Below, one piece after another: positions 40,703 through 48,870 of a DNA stretch of 64,000 nt. This DNA is from Candidatus Eiseniibacteriota bacterium. GTDB lineage: Bacteria > Eisenbacteria > RBG-16-71-46 > CAZAMP01. Made by a program: the position numbers and the translations under genes. The notes under the pieces are model-generated. The model was not told where the DNA came from. It ran no database searches and worked only from the letters and a program-made list of their open reading frames with translations. Location: assembly GCA_965224245.1 (NCBI GenBank), contig OZ245046.1:5472001-5536000 (forward strand), read 5' to 3'. Position 1 is the stretch's first letter. Each line of letters begins with the position of its first letter.

Positions 40703-43003
40703 ATGCACGGACTCTCGTCGCACTCGCTTCGGGCCGCGCTGGCGTTTCTCGCCGTCCTGCCGGCCACATCCCCGGCGCGAACCTGGTACGTCACCGAGGA
40801 CGGTCTCGGTGACGCTCCCACGATCCAGGCCGCCATCGACTCCGCCGCGACCGGCGACACGATCCGGGTCGGACCCGGCACCTACGACGACTTCGTCTAC
40901 CTCTACAAGGGCGGCGTCCGGCTCCTGAGCGAGGAAGGGGCCGAGAGCACCATTCTCGCCCGGGCGCTCGACGTGTATCCGACCACGCAGGAGCCGATCG
41001 AGATCTCGGGCTTCACGGCCACGGGGAGGCAGTCCCCGGACGGATGGCCGGGCATCTACGTGTACGGCGGCGTCGTGCATCTGCACCACTGCGTCAGCCG
41101 GGGAAACTACGGGAACTTCACGACCGGTGGGATCATCGCCCGGGCCGAAGACCCGGGTGACGAGATCACGATCGAGCACACGCAGGTCTACGACAACGGG
41201 TGGTCGAGCGCCAGCGTGTGGGTGGCCGGCAACGTGCTCTTCGCCCGGAACACGGTTCGTGGCGACGACACGCACAGCATGCGCGTTCTCCCGTCGTCGT
41301 TCGGCGCGCCCGAGATCACGCTCAACATCCTCGCCAACGGTCATCCTGACGGCGGTCCGTTCGACTGCGGCTCCACGTTCGAGGGCGCCGTCGTCACGTG
41401 CAACCTGTTCGGCCCGCCCATGAACCCCGATCGGGACTGCATGGCGGGTCCCGAGAACGGCTTCTTCGCCGATCCGTACTTCTGCGGTCCGATGGCCCGG
41501 AACTACTCCCTGCGGGCCGACTCCCCCGCCCTCGCGAAGCACCATCCGGACGGATACGAGGCGTGCGATGACATCGGCGCGCTCGGCATCGGCTGCCCGG
41601 GCGACGAGGACGGTATCCACGTGGTCGACCCGAGCGGCGCCGGCGACTTCGAGTCGATCGGTGCCGCGGTCGACTACGCCCTGCCGGGCGACACGATCCT
41701 CCTCCGTGACGGCACCTTCACCGGGCCGGGCAACCGAAACCTCGTCGTCGACGAACCGGTCACGATCCGGAGCGAGTCGGGCGATCCGTCCCGGTGCATC
41801 GTCGACTGCGAGGGCACACCGTCGGAGGATCGGTGGGGCTTCTCGTTCCGCGCGCCCATCGTCTTCGAGGGGATCACCGTGCGCAACGCGCTGGTGAAGA
41901 GCCTCACCGGCGGCGGCGCCATCCGCGTCGGCGGCAACTCGGCCGACGGCACCGTGATCCGGCGAGCCCGGTTCGAGGACAACGAGAGCTGGCTGGGCGC
42001 GGCGATCTACGCGGTCCGGAACGGATCCGGCGAGCGCCCGCACGTCACGATCGACGACTGCGTGTTCGAGAGCAACGAAGGCGACATCGCCTCCGGTGGA
42101 ATCGACTTCTTCCAGTTCGACGCCGTGGTCACCGGCTGCCGCTTCACGGGCAACTCCGCGGGGCGGGCCGCCGCGATCGACAGCGAGACGTCCTCGGTCC
42201 TGATCGAGGACTCCGTGTTCGCGGACAACGCCGCCGGCGACTACGGAGGGGCGATCGCCGTTTCTCGGGGCGATCTGACCGCGCGCCGCTGCGTCTTTCG
42301 CCGCAACGACGCCGCGCTCGGCGGTGCGCTGCACGGCGCGGGGGATGCCGTGATCACATTCGAGAACGTCACGCTGGCCGCCAACGCGGCGGCGTCGGCG
42401 TCGGCGTGCGCGCTCGCGGACGCCTCGCTCCGGTTCGATCGCGGAATCGCCTGGGACGGCTGCGCCGGAGACCGCAGCGAGTTCCAGGTTCGGGGCGGCG
42501 CAGCGCTCGAGATCGTGTGCTCGGATCTGGATCCCAAGGGAATCGTGTTCGACCCGCTGTCCACGGTGTCGGTCGACGAGACGAGCTTCACCGCCGACCC
42601 GCGCTTCTGTGTCGCCGCGGTCTGCTCCGGCGTGACCCCGGCGCCCCCGGACCTTGGGCTTCGCGCCGATTCGCCCTGTCTGGCCGAGGCGAGTCCGTGC
42701 GGCGCGCTCGTCGGCGCCCGCGGCGCGTGCATCGCCATCTCCGATGGACGACGGCCCCGCGCGGGGATCGCCTGGCCGTCCCCGTTCCGGGCATCGGTCA
42801 GGATCGCCGGCACCACGCCGCGCGCCGCCGTGCGCGTGTTCGACGCACAGGGTCGCCTCGTGCGCGTGGTCATCGCGGGAGCCGACGGAGTGGCCCGATG
42901 GGACGGCACGGTGACGTCCGGCTCCGTGGTCGGAGCGGGCGTGTACTTCGCGCGCGACACCGGGTCGGCGAGGACGTGGCGGCTGATCCGGGCGGGACAC
43001 TAG
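40703..43003 (+). CDS. Secreted tandem right-handed beta-helix protein with FlgD-Ig/T9SS-like C-terminus
   Basis: 'TIQAAIDSAATGDTIRVGPGTY' and a second 'SIGAAVDYALPGDTILLRDGTF'; FxxN/GGAI repeats; 'VRVFDAQGRLVR...WDG...GVYF'. Confidence 0.85.
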   Translation: MHGLSSHSLRAALAFLAVLPATSPARTWYVTEDGLGDAPTIQAAIDSAATGDTIRVGPGTYDDFVYLYKGGVRLLSEEGAESTILARALDVYPTTQEPIEISGFTATGRQSPDGWPGIYVYGGVVHLHHCVSRGNYGNFTTGGIIARAEDPGDEITIEHTQVYDNGWSSASVWVAGNVLFARNTVRGDDTHSMRVLPSSFGAPEITLNILANGHPDGGPFDCGSTFEGAVVTCNLFGPPMNPDRDCMAGPENGFFADPYFCGPMARNYSLRADSPALAKHHPDGYEACDDIGALGIGCPGDEDGIHVVDPSGAGDFESIGAAVDYALPGDTILLRDGTFTGPGNRNLVVDEPVTIRSESGDPSRCIVDCEGTPSEDRWGFSFRAPIVFEGITVRNALVKSLTGGGAIRVGGNSADGTVIRRARFEDNESWLGAAIYAVRNGSGERPHVTIDDCVFESNEGDIASGGIDFFQFDAVVTGCRFTGNSAGRAAAIDSETSSVLIEDSVFADNAAGDYGGAIAVSRGDLTARRCVFRRNDAALGGALHGAGDAVITFENVTLAANAAASASACALADASLRFDRGIAWDGCAGDRSEFQVRGGAALEIVCSDLDPKGIVFDPLSTVSVDETSFTADPRFCVAAVCSGVTPAPPDLGLRADSPCLAEASPCGALVGARGACIAISDGRRPRAGIAWPSPFRASVRIAGTTPRAAVRVFDAQGRLVRVVIAGADGVARWDGTVTSGSVVGAGVYFARDTGSARTWRLIRAGH

Positions 43004-43040
43004 TGCCCGGCGCGACCGACCGAACGCCGGGCGGCGTCGC

Positions 43041-43772
43041 TCAGAACGTGAGCACGACGCCCAGCTCGTAGGTCGTGATGTCGGTCTCGCTCTCGGACGC
43101 GTCGAACACCGGAACGTCGTTCACGATCGCGATGTCGCCCTCGGTCAGGTACTCCGCGTTCGTTCCCTCGAGGTGGGACACCTTGAAGTCGAGGGACACG
43201 CTCGGAGACTTCTCCGCGGGGTCGCCCTGGTGGACCTGGACGAGGAGACCGCCCCCGCCGCCCCAGAACGAGGCGAAGTCGTCGTAGTTCGTCTCGCGCG
43301 CGATCTGGTCGTCGTCGAAGAAGTCCTTGTCCTCGAGCTTCGACTCGGTCCACAGGTAGCGGAAGCCCACCCGGCCCTCGACGTAGGGCTGGACGATCCC
43401 GGGCACCGCGCGCCACTGGAGGAACAGGCCGACCCCGGCCAGGTTGTTGTTCGTGACCAGGTCGAAGTCCTCGACCAGGGGCAGACGGTAGGTCCGCTTC
43501 TCGCTGCCGTAGATCATGAAGTCGCCGCCGAAGCCGATCGTCAGCGGCGGGACGGGGCGAAACCCGTAGTGCGCGGCCAGACCGAAGCCCGGGTTGTCCA
43601 CCGCATCCCCGAACTCACCGGTCGGAGTACCCAGGAGGAGCCGGATGCCCACCTCGTGGCCGAGCGGTGCCGCGCCCGCACCGCTCCGCGCTCGAGCGTC
43701 AACCGGAAACGTGACGATGAGCAGCGTCAGCGCCGCGGCGATGACGGCGCGCACATACTCGGGCGTCTTCAT
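43041..43772 (-). CDS. Outer-membrane beta-barrel protein
   Basis: Signal peptide, amphipathic strands ('VQPYVEGRVGFRY'), terminal Phe 'YELGVVLTF'; GGAGG RBS before ATG 43772. Confidence 0.75.
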   Translation of the reverse strand: MKTPEYVRAVIAAALTLLIVTFPVDARARSGAGAAPLGHEVGIRLLLGTPTGEFGDAVDNPGFGLAAHYGFRPVPPLTIGFGGDFMIYGSEKRTYRLPLVEDFDLVTNNNLAGVGLFLQWRAVPGIVQPYVEGRVGFRYLWTESKLEDKDFFDDDQIARETNYDDFASFWGGGGGLLVQVHQGDPAEKSPSVSLDFKVSHLEGTNAEYLTEGDIAIVNDVPVFDASESETDITTYELGVVLTF

Positions 43773-44162
43773 TGGTCGTGCCTCCATGGGGAACGGACGG
43801 GTGTCGTGTTGGACGAGCCTCCGGGGGGACGTATGCACTCTTCGTGCCACCGCGGGTTTCTCCGAGGAGGATCGCACCACGCGAGGATCGCGCGAGAAGT
43901 GTGGCACGTGAGCGTGACCCATCCTCACACCTGTGACGACGGTGCGTCAATGCACGCCGTCGACGGCACCGTGGTCGCGGCCGGAAGCGTGCCGTGGTCC
44001 GATCACGAGCCTCCGCATCCGTCGGGTCTCACCCCGACGCGAACGATCGACCCGTCGGTGGTCCGGATGTGCGACAATGTCGCGGGGCCAGCTCCTCTCC
44101 TCGGCACCTCCATCCGATGCCCAGTCGCCCGCAATGCTCGCCAGTCACATTGGAGGTCTCTC

Positions 44163-46007
44163 ATGCGATGCCCCTGGATTGTCTGTGCGCTGTCGATGAC
44201 CACGGCGGTCGCCACGATTGCCTGCGACCTCGATGCAGTCGGCGATCCGATCCAGCCGTCGTCGGATCCCGCGTGGCTCGATGCACTCCGATCCTCACGG
44301 GCACCGTCGGTGGGCATACCCGGGGACGGCGATGCGATCCAGTACGCGCCCGTCGACCCGCTGCCCACCGAACGCTCGCATGGTCTCGGCGGAATGGGGG
44401 CGATGACGCAGCTCCTGATGGATCTCGATGGTGCGTTCGACACCGGGGCGCTGTGGCGGGGCGCCCTCACGTGGACCCAGGCTCATGCGATGACGCAGCC
44501 GACCGGCTACAGCTGGCCGTGGATCGAGAACGACCCGGTCTTCGGTGGACAATCCAGCGCGATCACGGCGACGGTCGCGATGGCCTTCTCCGAGGGCTTC
44601 GTACGCGACGCGACGCCGTCATACGCGCAGTATGCCAACGGCGCGCTGGACTGGGTGGCCAGTCAGGCGGTCGACCTGATGCCGATCATCGGCTCCCCCG
44701 GGTGGATCTGGATCGATCCGTACCCGGCGCCCGAGGACTTCAACCTCGGCTCCTACTCCACCGGCGCGATCGGCCGCGGTGCCGCCGACGTGTACCGGGC
44801 CACCGGGCACGCCACCGCGATGACGGTGGCCACGCAGGCCGCCGAGACGTACCGATCACTGGCCAGGGCCGACGCGACGTCCGGCGGCTGGTACTGGGGG
44901 TTCAAGGGCGGGCCCGGGGTGGTCTACACGGCGTTCTGCAACGGGGCGTCCGGCATCGCGGAGTTCCTGGTCGAGATGTCAGTCACGTTCCCGGCCACGA
45001 CGTGGTACGAGGACTATGCCCGTGGCGCCCTCGCGTGGCTCAGCTCCGTCGGCGTGGTCGACTCCACGGCAACGGTTCAGCCGGCACGCAAGTGGCCGAA
45101 GTCGGTCGACCTGTTCCCGAACACCTACCTGACTCACGCCGGGTGGGGTGCCGCCGGTGTGGGGCGCGCATTTCTGGCCGCGTACCACGCCTACGGAGAC
45201 GCCGCCTATCTCGAGGAGGCGAGGGCAGCCGGCAACTATCTCGTTTCCGAGGCCGTCGAAGCGGGCGAGGGCGTGTACTGGCCGGATCCGGCGCCCACGC
45301 CGACCAACCGCACGACGTGGTGTCGCGGCGAGCTGGGCGTGATGCAATTTCTCGGTGGCCTCTACGACGCGACGGGGGACCTGCGATACCGGTCGTCGTA
45401 CCTCGCCGCGGCGACGTGGCTGCTGAACGCGCAGGTGGCGACCGCACACGGGATGATGTTCCCGTCGGAAGAGGGAGGCGACGAGAACCTGATCGACTTC
45501 GTCTGGGGTTTCTCGGGCCTGGCGAACGAGTTCTACGAGCCGCACAAGAGCGCGGCGTCGCTCGCGCCCGCGCGAACGCTCTACGCTCGGACGTTCTCCT
45601 GGATCAACAACACGAAGATCGCCGAGGACGGCGGCTACGCGTGGCCGCACACGATCGAGGTCGTTCCCGCCGGGGGCCGCACGGCCGACGTCGATCCCGC
45701 CGTCGACACGGCGAGAAGCGGCCGCGCTCGCGAGGTCGACGGGACCATCGTCATCGACGTCCCGCGCGTCTCCTTGCAGATGGAGGATCGCCCGAATGGG
45801 CTCGAGCTGTACGACGCGGGCGGCCGCCGCGTCGTGGTTCTGGGAGCGCCGGAGTCGATCGAGTCGACCCGCGCCCGCTGGCGATGGGACGGGCGTGATG
45901 ATCGCGGACGGCTGGTCCGGCAGGGGGTCTACTTCGCGCACGTGAGCCCTGGCAACGGACCCCGGGCGCGCGATCGTGCGCCGGTGCGCGTGGTCGTGCT
46001 TCGATGA
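44163..46007 (+). CDS. Exported LanC-like (alpha/alpha)6-barrel protein with FlgD-Ig/T9SS-like C-terminus
   Basis: Repeated GxxG loops 'FCNGASGIAEFL', 'AGWGAAGVGRAFL', 'WCRGELGV', 'VWGFSGL'; signal peptide; 'LYDAGGRRV...WDGRDDRGRLVRQGVYF'; GGAGG RBS. Confidence 0.7.
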   Translation: MRCPWIVCALSMTTAVATIACDLDAVGDPIQPSSDPAWLDALRSSRAPSVGIPGDGDAIQYAPVDPLPTERSHGLGGMGAMTQLLMDLDGAFDTGALWRGALTWTQAHAMTQPTGYSWPWIENDPVFGGQSSAITATVAMAFSEGFVRDATPSYAQYANGALDWVASQAVDLMPIIGSPGWIWIDPYPAPEDFNLGSYSTGAIGRGAADVYRATGHATAMTVATQAAETYRSLARADATSGGWYWGFKGGPGVVYTAFCNGASGIAEFLVEMSVTFPATTWYEDYARGALAWLSSVGVVDSTATVQPARKWPKSVDLFPNTYLTHAGWGAAGVGRAFLAAYHAYGDAAYLEEARAAGNYLVSEAVEAGEGVYWPDPAPTPTNRTTWCRGELGVMQFLGGLYDATGDLRYRSSYLAAATWLLNAQVATAHGMMFPSEEGGDENLIDFVWGFSGLANEFYEPHKSAASLAPARTLYARTFSWINNTKIAEDGGYAWPHTIEVVPAGGRTADVDPAVDTARSGRAREVDGTIVIDVPRVSLQMEDRPNGLELYDAGGRRVVVLGAPESIESTRARWRWDGRDDRGRLVRQGVYFAHVSPGNGPRARDRAPVRVVVLR

Positions 46008-46029
46008 CGCCACGGCACGAGTGAAGATC

Positions 46030-46071
46030 GGCGCCGAGCCGGTCTCGCCTGCGGGTGAGTGGCTCGGCGCC
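46030..46071. terminator. Hairpin between convergent genes
   Basis: GGCGCCGAGCC - 20 nt - GGCTCGGCGCC. Confidence 0.45.
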
Positions 46072-46100
46072 TTCTCGGTGCTGTGGCCTCGAGAATCGCC

Positions 46101-48773
46101 TCAGCGGCGAAGCAGCGTCATCGACCGCGTCACGACGTCCCGGCCGTCCACGCCCAGCCGGTAGTAGTACACGCCGCTGGTGACCGGCGTCCCCCGCGCG
46201 TCGCGGCCGTCCCATTGCACGGAGTGTGCTCCGCCCGGCTGCGCATCCGCCACGAGCGTCCGTACGCGCCGGCCCACCACGTCGAACACCGTCAGCTCGA
46301 CGCGGCCGGGTGCCGGCAGCGTGTACGTGATGTGGGCAGCGCTCCGGAACGGGTTCGGCACCGCCGGACCGAGCCTGAGGGCGACCGGCGCGGCGTCGGG
46401 AGCGGAGAGCAGCGCGCACGATCCCACGGCGCCCACGAGCTCGCCGCAGGGACTCGACGCCGGAGCACACGGAGACCCGTCGTCGATGCCGTAGTGCCCC
46501 TCGCTCGTGGGGGCCATCGCGCAGTCGCGCGGATCACAGAACAACGGATCCGCGGAGAACAGCGCACCGGCGGCCACGAACGAGCCGTCGATCACGAAGC
46601 CCGCGAGGCTCGCGTCACAGCACGCCATCGACAGGCTGGCATCGGTCTCGACCCAGACGTCGTCGGCGAGATCGCCGCAGTCGTCCCAGACGATCGTGCG
46701 CTCCACGCTGGCGTCGATCCCACCGACGAGGGCCAGCCCACCCACGGAGCCCGCGTCGCTGCCGGTGTTCGCGGTCACGGTGCATCCGAGCAGGTCGATC
46801 CGTCCGGTGCCCCACGCGCCGAGTCCGCCGACCAGAGTACCGGCATTGCCGCTCAGCACGGTATCGGTGACGAGGAGGTCCGAGTCGAGCGCCGCGATCC
46901 CGGCGACCTGCCCGCTGTTGCCGGCGATCACGCAATCCTCGATCACCAGTGCTCCGTCACGGACGTAGATGCCACCGCCGAGGCCGGTCGCCACGTTGTC
47001 GCGAACGATGCAGCCGCGCAGGGTCGCGGCCCCGCCGTGGCACACGACGCCGGCACCATCCGCGCTGCCGGCCGCCACCGGCGTGGCGCCCCCGCGGAGC
47101 GTGAGCCCCTCGATCACGGTGGCCAGCGTCTCGCCGTCGTCGAGAATGATCACCGGTGACGTCCCTTCCGCGTCGATCGTCGTCACCTGGGGACCCGACG
47201 CCGAACGGAGCACGATGCTCTTTCCGGCGAGGTCGAGGCCGACGTTGCCGGGACCGGTGTAGGTTCCCGGCAGCACCTCGATCGTGTCGCCGTTCGCGGC
47301 GGCGTCGATGGCGGACTGGATGGTCGCGTGGTCGATCGGCACCCGGATCGTCTCGGGCACGGGGACCACGACGCCGATCCGGACGTCGTCGATGTACGGT
47401 GTCTGGTTGCCGTTCAGGTCCGAGCACGGCGAGTAGCCGAAGAACTCGCAGCCGGAGAGCACCTCGATCACGACGCGGACCGAGTCCGTGCCCGCCGGAA
47501 CGTCGAGTGCCCCCGACGAGGGATAGCGCAGCGTCTCACAGTGCTCGTCTCCGAAGTAGTAGCCGGTCGGCTCGTCGGGGAAGATGGACCAGGTCGGATC
47601 CCCGGTGATCGGGCACGTCCAGGGATGGAACTCGAGCCCGACCCGGTATCCGACGCCCTGGTCGAACCCGAGGTCGTCGTAGCGATCCAGCTCGACGAAG
47701 AAGGCCTGGGCATCCTCGAACGGCGATCCCGGTCCCACGTAGGCGGCCGGCGACTGGGCGTGCTCGATCTGTCGATCCGGGTGCGCGGGGCCGGACAGGC
47801 TTCGATCCGACAGCGTCAGGACGTAGTCATTGTCCGGACGGTCGAGGACGCACCCGGATGGGATGGCGGGATCGAGGGTCGTCACGTCGGCCACGTCGAG
47901 GAAGCGGCCGGTCGCGGGCATCGAGTAGAAGACCCAGCCCTCGTCGCCGCTCAGGAAGTCGTCGTTGTCGAAGTGCGAGCCACCTTCCCCCAGGTCCACG
48001 TTGCTGACCACGATGTCGTCGAAGCCGAACGCACCGTTGACGCAGTCGAACCCGTACGCGTGCCACGCGTCGTGCTCGTCGCTGACGACCGGGTCCGAGA
48101 CGAACACGAAGCGAACCGTGAACGGCTCGCCGGCGCTCAGCACGCCGTTCTCCATCAGCGGCAGCGCGTCGCTGGCCGACTCGGTCGGCGAGCCGTGCCC
48201 GGTGCCCTCGAAGACCGAGCCGGTGTACGTCCGGAGCGTGTCGGTCGAGTACGGAGTCTCGACGATCAGGTACGTGAAGTCGAAGCCGTCCTCGCTGTCG
48301 GCGAAGTAGCGGAACTGCGTGCCCGGCGCGACCGGCTGGTCGCCGAGCGTGTAGGTCTTCTCGGCCACCTGGATCCAGAAGTTCCCGTAGCCCTGACCGC
48401 CCTGGTAGCACATCTCCCGGGCAGGGACGTTGTGGATGCCGAACCAGACCGACGCGATGCCCGAGATCACGCCATCCACCGGGTCGGCGATGAAGTCGTC
48501 TCGCGTGTCTCGACCGACGTAGGTCGGGATGTCGGACCGGTCGACGCTCGTCCAGCCCTGAACGGTCCCGTCCTCGAAGTCCCAGACGCCGTCGAGGACC
48601 GGGCTCGCGCCGCCGAGCCAGAGGGTGTCGGTCAGCGCGAAGCGGCCGCCGGGCGACGCCGGAGTCGCGAGCTCGGGAGTCCACCGGTCGACGGGACGCG
48701 CATGGGCCCCTGCGATCACGGTGACCGCGAGCAGCGCCGCGAACAGATTCTCCGGATGGGGACGACTGGACAT
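46101..48773 (-). CDS. Secreted multidomain protein (beta-sandwich domains, beta-helix, FlgD-Ig/T9SS-like CTD)
   Basis: 'WDFEDGTVQGWTSVD', 'DSEDGFDFTY', 'TIQSAIDAAANGDTIEVLPGTY', 'VPNPF...WDGRD...SGVYYYRL'; GGAGG RBS before ATG 48773. Confidence 0.8.
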   Translation of the reverse strand: MSSRPHPENLFAALLAVTVIAGAHARPVDRWTPELATPASPGGRFALTDTLWLGGASPVLDGVWDFEDGTVQGWTSVDRSDIPTYVGRDTRDDFIADPVDGVISGIASVWFGIHNVPAREMCYQGGQGYGNFWIQVAEKTYTLGDQPVAPGTQFRYFADSEDGFDFTYLIVETPYSTDTLRTYTGSVFEGTGHGSPTESASDALPLMENGVLSAGEPFTVRFVFVSDPVVSDEHDAWHAYGFDCVNGAFGFDDIVVSNVDLGEGGSHFDNDDFLSGDEGWVFYSMPATGRFLDVADVTTLDPAIPSGCVLDRPDNDYVLTLSDRSLSGPAHPDRQIEHAQSPAAYVGPGSPFEDAQAFFVELDRYDDLGFDQGVGYRVGLEFHPWTCPITGDPTWSIFPDEPTGYYFGDEHCETLRYPSSGALDVPAGTDSVRVVIEVLSGCEFFGYSPCSDLNGNQTPYIDDVRIGVVVPVPETIRVPIDHATIQSAIDAAANGDTIEVLPGTYTGPGNVGLDLAGKSIVLRSASGPQVTTIDAEGTSPVIILDDGETLATVIEGLTLRGGATPVAAGSADGAGVVCHGGAATLRGCIVRDNVATGLGGGIYVRDGALVIEDCVIAGNSGQVAGIAALDSDLLVTDTVLSGNAGTLVGGLGAWGTGRIDLLGCTVTANTGSDAGSVGGLALVGGIDASVERTIVWDDCGDLADDVWVETDASLSMACCDASLAGFVIDGSFVAAGALFSADPLFCDPRDCAMAPTSEGHYGIDDGSPCAPASSPCGELVGAVGSCALLSAPDAAPVALRLGPAVPNPFRSAAHITYTLPAPGRVELTVFDVVGRRVRTLVADAQPGGAHSVQWDGRDARGTPVTSGVYYYRLGVDGRDVVTRSMTLLRR

Positions 48774-48870
48774 CGAGGACCTCCATGTGACGAGCCGGGT
48801 GGTCGAGCCTGCGGGGCTTTCCTCGTGGTCGCGCGTCGAGCCCGGGTGTGACCGCCGGAGCGGTGGGAGG

